Assembly (NCBI GenBank): GCA_040768745.1
Contig: JAXGMI010000002.1
Coordinates: forward strand, 800,001-864,000
Direction of reading: 5' to 3'
DNA: 64,000 nucleotides
From: Desulfomicrobium sp.
GTDB lineage: Bacteria; Desulfobacterota; Desulfovibrionia; Desulfovibrionales; Desulfomicrobiaceae
A model generated the notes under the pieces. That model had not been told where the DNA came from. It searched no databases and worked only from the letters and a program-made list of their open reading frames with translations. The stretch's first letter is position 1; every line of letters starts with the position of its first letter. The position numbers and the translations under genes are program-made. Below are positions 9,551 through 19,754 of this stretch, one piece after another.

Positions 9551-11143
9551 ATGGGCTTTTTTTCCCGCATAAAAAAACTCTGGGGCTCGTCCGAACCCCA
9601 GGGCAAAGCCATATCCGAGACCGAGGCGTCCGACCTCCAGGCCCCATCCTCCCCTGGCCCCGAAAACGTCCTGGTGGCTGAGGATCAGCAGCCAGGGCCC
9701 AAGGGTACGCTCGAGGCTTCGGGCCGGGAGGACCGCCTGCTCCACGGGAACGCGGAGCCGGCGGCAGCGTCCCAGCCCCGTCTTGTCCAATCAGCCCCGC
9801 CGGTTGCAAAAGAGCCGGCCGCTGAGAAATCAGGCGGCTGGCGCAGGCTGTTTGGCCTGGACACCCCGAAAAAGGAGGATTCCGCACCCGCAACCCAGCA
9901 GCCGGAACTCCTTTTTCAGGAAAAACCCTCGGCCAGGGCCGGACTGGAGCCGTGGCAGGAACCTCTGGTGCAGGCCCTGGGCGAGGCCGAACCGAGACTT
10001 TCGGTCTGGATGACACACATCCTTGACGGGGTGGACCGCCGCGGGGAACTCCTCTGGAATCGCCTGCGTTTTCTTTTCAGCCAGTTGGACGTGCCTGCCG
10101 CGGAAAGCGAGGATTTCATCCATCGTTTTGAGCAGTGGCTTGCGGACATGGACTACGACCATGTGGACGAATTCCGCTCGGAACTGCAGTACCGCATGGC
10201 CTTGGCCCTGGATCTCGAAGACGAGGAAGACGAGCGCAACCGCCTGCTCCTGAAGCTCTCGGCTGGTCTGGGCAAGACTCGCGAACAGCTGACCATGCGC
10301 ATCGACCAGCTTCTGGCCATGACTGGCAGCTACGATGACGAATTCTGGGAAGAGCTTGAGGAGATTCTGCTGGTTGCCGACGTGGGCGTGAAGGCATCCC
10401 AGGAACTCCTCAAGCGCCTCAAGCCCAAGGTCCGCAAGGCAGGCTCCAGGGATGCGGCCGAATTCAAAACCCTGCTGAAGGAAGAGCTGGCTGCCGTCTT
10501 TGTGGAGCCCAAGGCGCCCAGGGTGCCCCAGCCCCCGGAAGTGGTCCTCATGGTCGGCGTCAACGGCGCGGGCAAGACCACAACCATCGCCAAGCTGGCG
10601 CACCGCGCCCAGATGCAGGGACGCAAGGTCCTGGTGGCGGCCGGGGACACCTTCCGGGCCGCGGCCATCGAGCAGCTGCAGGTCTGGTCCAAGCGCGTCG
10701 GGGCCGGGTTCTACGCCAAGCCCCATGGCAGCGACCCCGCGGCCGTGGCCTTCGAGGCGGTCGACCACGCCATGCAGGAAGGATACGACCTTCTTTTCGT
10801 CGACACGGCCGGCCGTCTGCAGACCAAACACAACCTCATGGAAGAATTGAAGAAGATCAACCGGGTTCTGGGCAAGAAACTGGACGGGGCGCCCCACAGG
10901 ACCATTCTCATCCTGGATGCGACCACGGGCCAGAACGCCCTCTCCCAGGTCAAGCTCTTTTCCCAGGCCTCGCCCGTGGACGAGATCATCCTGACCAAGC
11001 TCGATGGCACGGCCAAGGGCGGGGTTATCGTGGCCATCGCCCTGGAGTACGGCCTGCCCATCAGCTTCGTCGGCCTGGGCGAAAAAATGGAGGATTTGCG
11101 GCCCTTCTCGGGGCAGGAGTTCGCCAGCGCTCTGTTCGACTGA
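9551..11143 (+). CDS. ftsY: SRP receptor FtsY
   Basis: GVNGAGKTTTIAK, DTFRAAA, DTAGR, TKLDGTAKGG. Confidence 0.97.
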   Translation: MGFFSRIKKLWGSSEPQGKAISETEASDLQAPSSPGPENVLVAEDQQPGPKGTLEASGREDRLLHGNAEPAAASQPRLVQSAPPVAKEPAAEKSGGWRRLFGLDTPKKEDSAPATQQPELLFQEKPSARAGLEPWQEPLVQALGEAEPRLSVWMTHILDGVDRRGELLWNRLRFLFSQLDVPAAESEDFIHRFEQWLADMDYDHVDEFRSELQYRMALALDLEDEEDERNRLLLKLSAGLGKTREQLTMRIDQLLAMTGSYDDEFWEELEEILLVADVGVKASQELLKRLKPKVRKAGSRDAAEFKTLLKEELAAVFVEPKAPRVPQPPEVVLMVGVNGAGKTTTIAKLAHRAQMQGRKVLVAAGDTFRAAAIEQLQVWSKRVGAGFYAKPHGSDPAAVAFEAVDHAMQEGYDLLFVDTAGRLQTKHNLMEELKKINRVLGKKLDGAPHRTILILDATTGQNALSQVKLFSQASPVDEIILTKLDGTAKGGVIVAIALEYGLPISFVGLGEKMEDLRPFSGQEFASALFD

Positions 11144-11184
11144 AAGCGGCGAACCCCGGATCCTTTTCGGGGTTGGCCAAATGG

Positions 11185-11616
11185 CTACCGTCCCTGGCCC
11201 GCTTCATCGGCCAGGGCGGCCCGGAGCCGTTCCACCCGCCGCCGGTTGACGCCCAGGTCCCACCACCCGCTGCGCGACGCAGAGCGGACCTGCACGACGT
11301 CCCCGTCCCTGCGGCATTCCAGGTCGTCCACAAAGCCGAAGACCCGCGATCGGAAGGTGGCGTGTACGTACCCATCCTCCACGTGCTCTACGCTCCCTCC
11401 CATGGCGACAATGGTCCGAATCAGGCCCTCCCACTCCCCCCTGGAGGATACCGCAAGAGGCTGCACATCCCGGTCCGGCATCTCGGAACGCACACAATTG
11501 GGCGAACCCGGGCAGGGCCGCAGCTTTCCCCCCGCAGGCCCAGTGCCTGCGGCCATTGCGCTGGCAACCACACTCACGCACACCAGAATCGTCAGCCACG
11601 GTGTTGATGCTTTCAT
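11185..11616 (-). CDS. DUF1499 family protein
   Basis: PCPGSPNCV, FGFVDDLE, RSASRSGWWDLGVNRRR. Confidence 0.88.
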   Translation of the reverse strand: MKASTPWLTILVCVSVVASAMAAGTGPAGGKLRPCPGSPNCVRSEMPDRDVQPLAVSSRGEWEGLIRTIVAMGGSVEHVEDGYVHATFRSRVFGFVDDLECRRDGDVVQVRSASRSGWWDLGVNRRRVERLRAALADEAGQGR

Positions 11617-11670
11617 GCATACCTCCCTCTGGCAACCTGCGCCATAGTGCAGGTTCATGTTCGGCCATGT

Positions 11671-12519
11671 TCAGGGATTCGGAAAAGACAGGCGGACAGC
11701 CTCGGCCTGGGCCGGGTCCACTCCCGGCCAATCGGGAAGCCACATGGCCGAAAACCCGGGCATGTCCACCCGCCAGTGGTGCAGGAAAAGTCCCCCAGGT
11801 TCGGCCTGGCCGTAGAGCGGATCGCCCAGGAGGGGATGGCCCGCATGGGCCATGTGAGCGCGGATCTGATGACGACGGCCTTTCAGGATGCGCACGAGGA
11901 CAAGGGTCAGACCGCCCTCCTCCCGCACGGGCCGAACCAGGGTGGACCGCAGGGGATGGTCCGGCTCTCCCGTGACCCTGACCACGCGCCGCCTGTCGTC
12001 GAGGATACGCCCCCGGAGCTCCATCGGTCCCACGGCCCCGTGGGCCACTGCCAGATAATACTTGCGGACCAGTCCCTGCTCCTGCCACCCCTTGTAGGCC
12101 CTCTCGTCCTCTCTCGTGGCCGCAGCCAGCACCAGGCCGGAAGTGGACTGGTCCAAGCGGTTGACCAGCCTCCACCCTGCGAACCCTGCGGACGGAAGCC
12201 GGACCTCGACACTCTGCGGACCTGCTCCCGCGGCGCTGTGCATGCCCCTGGGCTTGAGGAGTGCGGCAAACCGTCCCGAGTTGGCGATGACGGGCAGTGG
12301 AGGACCAGGCAGGATATCCGGGGAAGCAGCGGCATCGTCCAGGATGATTGTCTGACCCGGGTGGACCAGGTCGCCCTTGCGCAGCACCCGGCCGTCCACC
12401 AGGACCCTCCCTTCCTCGATGAGTGCGCGGCATCGGCGCAGGCCCAGGCCCAGGCTGCGGGCCAGGGCGTAATCAAGGCGCATGGGTGCGGAATCAGAGC
12501 TCAAAAGCAGCTGCGTCAT
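11671..12519 (-). CDS. RluA-family pseudouridine synthase with S4 domain (start uncertain)
   Basis: MRLD, KPRG, NRLDQSTSG, GRRHQIRAH, LLGDPLYG. Confidence 0.88.
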   Translation of the reverse strand: MTQLLLSSDSAPMRLDYALARSLGLGLRRCRALIEEGRVLVDGRVLRKGDLVHPGQTIILDDAAASPDILPGPPLPVIANSGRFAALLKPRGMHSAAGAGPQSVEVRLPSAGFAGWRLVNRLDQSTSGLVLAAATREDERAYKGWQEQGLVRKYYLAVAHGAVGPMELRGRILDDRRRVVRVTGEPDHPLRSTLVRPVREEGGLTLVLVRILKGRRHQIRAHMAHAGHPLLGDPLYGQAEPGGLFLHHWRVDMPGFSAMWLPDWPGVDPAQAEAVRLSFPNP

Positions 12520-12678
12520 ACGTGGGGAAAAACCAGTGCGGGTTGATGCCGGCATGCGTTCCGGCCCTCCAGCCCAGCGAGGTCCAGCATGGGTGGATTC
12601 CATCCCTCTTCAGGCCCATGTCCGGGACAAGAATGGACGGGCTGGTGTGAACGTGCATGCCCAGCGAATCCGCCGGCC

Positions 12679-14148
12679 CTAGTGGCCGGGGTATCCCGGA
12701 TGCTCACGCTCGATGATGTCGATCCAGGTCCGGGTCAGCTCCTCGTCCCATTGGCTGCCGGCTCCGCGATCGAGGGTGTAGAGGACCTTTTCCAGGGGCA
12801 GGGCCTGCCGGTAGGCCCGGTTCGAGCTCATGGCCTCGTAGCTGTCGGCCAGGCAAATGATCCGCGCCAGGGGGGGTATTTCGTCTCCGCTCAAGCCCTC
12901 GGGATAACCGGAACCGTCCACGCATTCATGATGGGAGTAGATGATGGGTGTGATGTCGCACAGGGCCCCGACCTGCCCGAGGATGTCGCGGCCCATGATG
13001 CTGTGCCGCTTCATGATGGCGTACTCCTCGCTGCTCAACATCCCGGGCTTGTTCAGGATATGGTCTGGAATCCCGATCTTGCCGATGTCGTGCAGCATCC
13101 CGGCGATATGCAGGCGCTCCAGCTCCTTGCCCCCGATGCCCACGGCCCGTCCCAGACGACAGGCGTACTCGGCCACCCGTTCGGAATGGCCCCGCGTGTA
13201 GAAATCCTTGACCTCCACCGCCTGGGCAAAGGATCGGATCACATCCTGGTTCAGGATTTGCAAACGTGAATACAGATGGGCATTGCGCAGGGCCGAGGCG
13301 GTATGGGAGGCAAAAACAACCAGAAGCTGCAGGTCCTGCTCTTTGTACAGACTCTCCTGCTCGTTGCGAACCAGGGCGACCACGCCGATGCGCTTCTGGG
13401 ACAGATCCAGGGGCACGGCCATGACCGAGTACGGGAACCCATGGGGAAAAAAGGCCGAACTGAAGGAGGATTGCTGCAGGGTGAATTGATCGAGCAGATA
13501 GGACCGGCCGTGTTCCATGATCCGCTCACACAGCCGGGTCACGAAAAGGCGCATGCCTTCGTTGGAATCCAGCAGATCTCCCTGGGTCAGAATCGGCCCC
13601 TGATCCAGGAGATCGGGCAGCAGGAGGCAGACCGCGGCAGGGCTGAAACTTTCACGCAGGTGGGCCAGGAACTCGTCCACCACTGCCACGTGATTGAGCT
13701 GGGCCCCGAGACTTTTGCTCAGGTTGAGCATGCGGACCACAGCCGAGAGCTTTTCCTGTTCCCTGCGGGCTTTGCGCTGGGCCAAGATGGAACGCACGCG
13801 GTGCAGCATGTGCTTGAGGTCAAAGGGCTTGGCAATGTAGTCCGCGGCCCCGCTTTTCATGAAGTCCACGGCCGTTTCGGTGGTGCCGTATCCGGTCATG
13901 ACCAGGAAATCCACGTCCAGATTGCGCTGCCGGACCTTGTCCAGCAGTTCCTGCCCGTTCATATCAGGCATGCGCAGATCGCTGATGATCAGATCGAAAG
14001 CCTGGCCACGCCCGGAGATTCTGTCCAGGGCATCCTGGCCGTTGGAGGCGATTTCCACGGCATAGCCCTCTTCGGACAGGGCTTCCTGGCAGATTTCCCT
14101 GAGAACGGGCTCGTCATCAACAATCAAGACCTGAAACTCTGCCGCCAT
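12679..14148 (-). CDS. response regulator with GAF and HD-GYP c-di-GMP phosphodiesterase domains
   Basis: VLIVDDE...DLRMP receiver; TRGHSERV, HDIGKIG, HHECVDGSGYP. Confidence 0.92.
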   Translation of the reverse strand: MAAEFQVLIVDDEPVLREICQEALSEEGYAVEIASNGQDALDRISGRGQAFDLIISDLRMPDMNGQELLDKVRQRNLDVDFLVMTGYGTTETAVDFMKSGAADYIAKPFDLKHMLHRVRSILAQRKARREQEKLSAVVRMLNLSKSLGAQLNHVAVVDEFLAHLRESFSPAAVCLLLPDLLDQGPILTQGDLLDSNEGMRLFVTRLCERIMEHGRSYLLDQFTLQQSSFSSAFFPHGFPYSVMAVPLDLSQKRIGVVALVRNEQESLYKEQDLQLLVVFASHTASALRNAHLYSRLQILNQDVIRSFAQAVEVKDFYTRGHSERVAEYACRLGRAVGIGGKELERLHIAGMLHDIGKIGIPDHILNKPGMLSSEEYAIMKRHSIMGRDILGQVGALCDITPIIYSHHECVDGSGYPEGLSGDEIPPLARIICLADSYEAMSSNRAYRQALPLEKVLYTLDRGAGSQWDEELTRTWIDIIEREHPGYPGH

Positions 14149-14253
14149 CCTCACTTCCTCTCGATTCGTGGCGTACCCGGGGCAGCCGTGGAAGGCCCGA
14201 CTGCCAAGGCCTGAATAGAATTTGCTCTCGCTACTAGTGAAAAAAGGTTTGTC

Positions 14254-14268
14254 TGACAATGATTATCA
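14254..14268. promoter_or_regulatory. putative Fur box
   Basis: tgacaat-g-attatca: one mismatch to the 7-1-7 TGATAAT-N-ATTATCA, about 105 bp upstream of the HD-GYP gene. Confidence 0.55.
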
Positions 14269-14327
14269 AGACCAGAAAATAAGTCTTGCCATGCACAGCC
14301 AACTTGGCTAGTGAGCATTTCCTCATT

Positions 14328-14404
14328 CGGGATGTGGCTCAGTCTGGTAGAGCGCTGCGTTCGGGACGCAGAGACCGCGCGTTCAAATCGCGCCATCCCG
14401 ACCA
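14328..14404 (+). tRNA. tRNA-Pro(CGG)
   Basis: cgggatg...catcccg acceptor stem, ctgcg-ttcggga-cgcag anticodon arm, gttcaaat T-loop, encoded CCA. Confidence 0.97.
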
Positions 14405-14412
14405 GATATTTC

Positions 14413-14446
14413 AAGGAGTTGGGTATAAAAACCTAGCTCCTTTTTT
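14413..14446 (+). terminator. intrinsic terminator after tRNA-Pro
   Basis: ggagttgggt-ataaaa-acctagctcc followed by T6. Confidence 0.8.
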
Positions 14447-14457
14447 CTTGCCCTAAA

Positions 14458-14555
14458 TCTTTATCACATTCTTTATCACATCCGCGAAATCTAGCCTCAA
14501 CCTGCTCTACTCCTTTGTCACACCGTCATCACATTTTATCACAGATTTGATCACA
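14458..14555 (+). repeat. six direct TCACA-core repeats (integrase arm-site-like)
   Basis: Perfect tandem tctttatcacat x2 (14458-14481) plus four more TCACA cores at 14518, 14529, 14539, 14551. Confidence 0.6.
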
Positions 14556-14652
14556 AAGGTTGGTTGCACAGCGTCGGTTCCCTAGCAAATAAAAAGCCCC
14601 GCCTCCACGATGGGAGGGGGGGCAAGTGCGACTGGTTAAAGTTTGCTTATAA

Positions 14653-15433
14653 CCCAAGTTTGACAGCAATATCGAGCTTATTTGTTTAAAATTAGGATAT
14701 TATCGCTTCGGCGCTAGTTGGAGTTTACACTACATCTCCTTTTTCTCCACGGGTCGGGATCGGCGGGACTCCCAGAGCACGCAGGATCTTTTTCTGCGCG
14801 TCCGTGGGGCGACTAGGAGTCATCAGCGTCTCCTCTCCGACCATGATCTCCCCCATCTTGATCTGACGCAGAAGGCGGATGGCTGTCGGCACAGACACTG
14901 CCATTCCTTTGAGCTTGTTGCGCATCCAGCGCTCTAACTGCAATGCGATCACGCAGACAAACACATGTGCCCTGATTCGCTCCTCAGTCCAGTGATACAC
15001 AGGGCGTAGTTCCAAGGTGCTTTTGAGCGCTCTCCATCCCCGTTCAATTTCAGCAAGCTCTTTGTAATGTTTGATAATGTCTGCGCATGGTGCATCCATG
15101 TCGGTTGTTTCGAGAAGCAAGACGCCATCGATCTTTTCCTCCCAAGCCCTGCGCTTCCTGTGGGCCTTGACGATGACCTGATCCTGAGTGAGCGCAACTT
15201 GGAACAATGAGAGCAAGCCCTTGTCACGCAGGTAATCCCTGATGCGGTCGTATTGACCCTGTGGGCTTGGTTTGCGTCCCTTGCCTGACCTTGGGGCGAG
15301 TATTTCCCGGATCTTGGCATCGGCCTTGGCAAGGCGCTCCTGGCGGTTCGCCTTGGTTTCGGCTGCGATCTTCGGAGAATAGGCCATAACGAACCGGACC
15401 CCGCTGCGAACTTCCTCGACAATCTCCTCGTCC
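14653..15433 (-). mobile_element. IS1634-family element, truncated 3' part in inverted orientation
   Basis: Begins with terminal IR cccaagtttgacagc; near-identical reverse complement of 16530-17308; encodes the transposase C-terminus (IERGWRALKSTLELRPVYHWTEERIRAHV). Confidence 0.9.
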
Positions 15434-17308
15434 CCCAAGTTTGACAGCGGCCTGAGGCTAACATCTCGAAGTTATGACTTATATTGATTTTTGATATCCG
15501 ATTTGTAGTACGTACAAAATAGACATAAACATTGCTATTCATGAATAATAATGCTACTCGTAGTTTATGTTTGTACGAATAGCCAAGCAGAAACGAGGCG
15601 ACAAAGTCTACCGCCATCTTCAGATCGCGGAATCTTTCCGTGATCCCGAGAAAGGCGGATCTCCGCGCACACGCATCCTGGCTCATCTCGGCACTATCGA
15701 GAGTTTGGGCGAAGACCAGGTCGAGAGACTCATCGCTGGCTTCCAGAAAGCTCTCGGTCGAGATCCGGTTCAGACTGGACCGCCGCTCCTCACGTTTGCA
15801 CGTGATTTCGGACATGTTCACGCGGTCAAACATCTCTGGGAAATCCTGGGACTCTCCAAAGCCCTGGCCCGTGCAGGAGTAAAGACCGGGGCCGGGATGG
15901 ATTATGCTGAACTGATCAAGTTGCTGATCGTCAATCGACTCTGCGATCCGTGCTCCAAACTGGCGCTACTGGATTGGCTCGATGGCGTCTGGCTTTCTGG
16001 ATTTGAGCAACACCGCCCGGCCTATCACCATCTCCTGCGCGCCATGGATAGATTGCTGGACGCGAAGGGAAGCTTTGGAGCCCTTGATAGCCAAGCGCTT
16101 CATGCCCAAGGCGCATTGGGAAGGCGACCTGCTCTTCTATGACATCACTTCCACATGGTTCGACGGGGATCGATCGTTGGTGGAGGATGACATTCGGCGC
16201 TTCGGATACAGTCGCGATGGCCGGTTTGATCGGCGCCAAATCACCATCGGCGTGGTCATGGGCAAGGACGGCATACCGCTTTGCCACCATGTCTTTCCGG
16301 GGAACACCGTGGATAAGACCACTGTGGTTGAGGTGGTGAAGGATCTGAAGACTCGCTTCAAGCTACGCAGCGTGGTGTTTGTCGGGGACAGGGGAATGCT
16401 CTCGGACCAAAATCTCGAGACGTTGCTGGCCGAGGAATTCGGCTTCATCGTGGCGCATCCATTGCGTCGTGGAGAGGAGGCGCGGAGCGTGATCGAGGCG
16501 TTGCGTCTTAAGATCTCGTTTAATGGGCAGGACGAGGAGATTGTCGAGGAAGTTCGCAGCGGGGTCCGGTTCGTTATGGCCTATTCTCCGAAGATCGCAG
16601 CCGAAACCAAGGCGAACCGCCAGGAGCGCCTTGCCAAGGCCGATGCCAAGATCCGGGAAATACTCGCCCCAAGGTCAGGCAAGGGACGCAAACCAAGCCC
16701 ACAGGGTCAATACGACCGCATCAGGGATTACCTGCGTGACAAGGGCTTGCTCTCATTGTTCCAAGTTGCGCTCACTCAGGATCAGGTCATCGTCAAGGCC
16801 CACAGGAAACGCAGGGCTTGGGAGGAAAAGATCGATGGCGTCTTGCTTCTCGAAACAACCGACATGGATGCACCATGCGCAGACATTATCAAACATTACA
16901 AAGAGCTTGCTGAAATTGAACGGGGATGGAGAGCGCTCAAAAGCACCTTGGAACTACGCCCTGTGTATCACTGGACTGAGGAGCGAATCAGGGCACATGT
17001 GTTTGTCTGCGTGATCGCATTGCAGTTAGAACGCTGGATGCGCAACAAGCTCAAAGGAATGGCAGTGTCTGTGCCGACAGCCATCCGCCTTCTGCGTCAG
17101 ATCAAGATGGGGGAGATCATGGTCGGAGAGGAGACGCTGATGACTCCTAGTCGCCCCACGGACGCGCAAAAAGATCCTGCGTGCTCTGGGAGTCCCGCCG
17201 ATCCCGACCCGTGGAGAAAAAGGAAATGTAGTGTAAACTCCAACTAGCGCCGAAGCGATAATATCCTAATTTTAAACAAATAAGCTCGATATTGCTGTCA
17301 AACTTGGG
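15434..17308 (+). mobile_element. IS1634-family element, full length (1875 bp)
   Basis: Perfect 15-bp IRs cccaagtttgacagc (15434) and gctgtcaaacttggg (ends 17308). Confidence 0.92.
15567..17247 (+). pseudogene. IS1634-family DDE transposase, frameshifted
   Basis: Split over ORFs 15567..16142 and 15982..17247 by an apparent extra G at about 16067-16069; 2-nt deletion at about 17167 relative to the other copy; motifs YDITSTWF, FGYSRD, VGDRGM. Confidence 0.88.
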
Positions 17309-17890
17309 TGGTCCGAAATAAATCCTGCGCTGACAAAGGAAAAATGTCTTATCTCCATTGCCGCCGGATTGACTATAAGTGACCTACAAAAAAACACCCA
17401 TAGCGCCTGTCCCGTCATCCGGGTCATGCCCAATACCCCTGTATTCATCAAAGAGGAAGTAACTGCTGTCTGCTTTGACGACAAAACACTTTCCGAACAC
17501 AAAAAAAATCTATAAAAGATACTTTTCGATTCGTTGGGATGTTCACGTCTTGCATGTAAATCAGCTTGATGCATTTACGGCTGTGATAGGCTCAGGACCT
17601 GCATACATATTTTATTTGATCGGAACAATGATTGACGCAGCTGTAGAACTAGGATTAGAGCGAAATACATCCTCTGTTATGGTAAAAAAACTTTTCCGGG
17701 GTCAAGTATAATGGCAAGCCAATCCAAAGAGCACATTAGCATATTGAAAGAAATATCAACCGCACCTGTAGGGGCGACTGTTGCAGCGTTGGTTCATTTC
17801 GACCGGAAAGCGATTCGTGGCAATATCATGGATGCAATAAGAATGGCATTCGTTCGCAGCGTCAAAATCGGACAGAATCTGCACCCGTAG
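17309..17890 (+). pseudogene. proC: pyrroline-5-carboxylate reductase remnant
   Basis: Pieces in different frames: LISIAAG...RVMPNTP; DAFTAVIGSGPAY; ILKEISTAPVGATVAAL. 5' end cut by the IS. Confidence 0.85.
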
Positions 17891-17920
17891 GCGCTTAAAA
17901 CCACGCAGCACGAATGTACG

Positions 17921-18217
17921 ATGAACTCAATGTGCGATCATAGAATAAAGCAGGCCAACAAGGAGTCCCTGATCTCCCTGGCAGTCTATGCCGTGTATTT
18001 TTTATGGTGGTACTTGTCTGGGTACGGCATCGGCGACACGGATCCAGACACGTATTCCTACATATTCGGATTCCCGTCGTGGTTCTTTTACAGCTGCATT
18101 CTTGGCTACCCGCTTATTACCGTCATCCTCTGGCTGGTCGTCCGATTATTCTTCAAGGAAATACCGCTTGACGCAGATGTCCGGAACACGTCTTCAATGA
18201 AAGGCGAGGACAACTGA
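17921..18217 (+). CDS. yhdT: YhdT/DUF997 small membrane protein
   Basis: RIKQANKE, WWY, GFPSWFFYSC, FKEIPL; coupled to panF. Confidence 0.88.
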   Translation: MNSMCDHRIKQANKESLISLAVYAVYFLWWYLSGYGIGDTDPDTYSYIFGFPSWFFYSCILGYPLITVILWLVVRLFFKEIPLDADVRNTSSMKGEDN

Positions 18218-19689
18218 TGGCCGCGTCGATCCAGACCATCATCCCCATGATTGTGTACCTGGCCTTATCCATAGGCATAGCGCTATGGGCTCGCCAACAG
18301 TCAGCAAAAACAACTTCGCAAGGTTTCATCGAGGAATACTTCATCGGCAGCCGGTCCATGGGCGGCTTCGTTCTCGCCATGACCATCATCGCCAGCTACA
18401 CCAGCGCCAGCAGCTTCATCGGCGGCCCCGGCGTGGCCTACCGGTTCGGCCTGAGCTGGGTATTGCTGGCCATGATCCAGGTGCCCACGGCCTTCCTCAC
18501 GCTGGGGGTGCTCGGCAAACGGTTCGCCATCATGGCGCGCCGGACGCAATCCGTGACCATCACGGACTACCTCCGCGCCCGATACGATAGCGACGCGGTG
18601 GTCATCCTGTGCTCCGTGGCCCTGATCGTCTTTTTCATGGCCGCCATGCTGGCGCAGTTCATCGGCGGGGCGCGCCTCTTCCAGACCGTCACGGGCTATC
18701 CCTATGCCGTCGGTCTTTCCCTGTTCGGCATCAGCGTGGTGCTGTACACGGCGGTCGGCGGTTTCCGCGCCGTGGTGCTCACGGACGCCATGCAGGGCAT
18801 CGTCATGGTCGTGGCCGTGGTCGTGGTCCTTCTGGCCGTCATCAACGCCGGCGGCGGCGTGGCGCAATGCGTCTCGACACTCAAAGGCATCGACCCAGGC
18901 CTGATCACGCCCACCGGGCCGGACAACGCTGTGCCGCAAGCCTTCACCCTGTCCTTCTGGGTCCTGGTGGGCATCGGCGTGCTGGGCCTGCCGCACACCA
19001 CCCAGCGCTGCATGGGCTACCGGGACTCCCGCGCCATGCACGACGCCATGGTCATCGGCACGCTGCTCATCGGATTCATGATTTTGTGCGCGCACCTCGC
19101 CGGGACGTTCGGCCGCGCCGTTTTCCCGGACCTGCCAGCCGGCGACCTGGCCATGCCGACGATGATCCTCAAACTGCTCTCCCCCGTGTGGGCGGGAGTG
19201 TTCATCGCCGGGCCCCTGGCGGCCATCATGTCCACGGTCGATTCCATGCTCCTGCTGGTCTCCGCCGCCATCATCAAGGACCTGTACATCCACTACCGGC
19301 TGAAGGGGGACGCGTCCCGGATGCCCGTGGCAACGCTGAAAAGGACGAGCACCTGGATCACGGCGGTGGTCGGCCTGTTGGTCTTCGTCGCCGCCCTCGA
19401 ACCGCCGGACCTCCTGGTCTGGATCAACCTCTTCGCTTTCGGCGGCCTCGAAGCCGTTTTCCTCTGCCCCATCGTGCTGGGCCTGTACTGCCAGTCCGGC
19501 AACGCCAGAGGGGCCGTTGCCTCCATCATCTGCGGCGTGACAGCCTTCATGGCCCTCTCCATCCTCAAACCCGCCATGGGCGGCGTCCACGCCATCGTCC
19601 CGACGACACTGATCAGCATCAGCGCATACATAATCGGATCATACCTCGGGCGTCATGCCCATGAACTTCGGAATTCTCCAAAATTCTAG
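18217..19689 (+). CDS. panF: sodium:solute symporter, PanF type
   Basis: EYFIGSRSMGGFVLAMT, YTSASSFIGGPG, AAIMSTVDS; preceded by yhdT. Confidence 0.88.
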   Translation: MAASIQTIIPMIVYLALSIGIALWARQQSAKTTSQGFIEEYFIGSRSMGGFVLAMTIIASYTSASSFIGGPGVAYRFGLSWVLLAMIQVPTAFLTLGVLGKRFAIMARRTQSVTITDYLRARYDSDAVVILCSVALIVFFMAAMLAQFIGGARLFQTVTGYPYAVGLSLFGISVVLYTAVGGFRAVVLTDAMQGIVMVVAVVVVLLAVINAGGGVAQCVSTLKGIDPGLITPTGPDNAVPQAFTLSFWVLVGIGVLGLPHTTQRCMGYRDSRAMHDAMVIGTLLIGFMILCAHLAGTFGRAVFPDLPAGDLAMPTMILKLLSPVWAGVFIAGPLAAIMSTVDSMLLLVSAAIIKDLYIHYRLKGDASRMPVATLKRTSTWITAVVGLLVFVAALEPPDLLVWINLFAFGGLEAVFLCPIVLGLYCQSGNARGAVASIICGVTAFMALSILKPAMGGVHAIVPTTLISISAYIIGSYLGRHAHELRNSPKF

Positions 19690-19754
19690 TTTTCAGCATG
19701 CTCATTCTGTTTGTGCTGGGGGGATTCTGGCCATCAGCTTGAACAGGAATCGAT

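Noticed and set aside
14458..14555. TTATCACA repeats as DnaA boxes or a replication origin
   Set aside because: One base short of TTATNCACA, and no dnaA or rep gene nearby
16060..16075. Programmed frameshift in the IS1634 transposase
   Set aside because: No canonical slippery heptamer, the family normally uses one ORF, and a second indel points to decay or sequencing error
15428..17314. tcgtcc / tggtcc as an IS1634 target duplication
   Set aside because: Imperfect, and the two flanks come from unrelated sequences (transposase versus proC)
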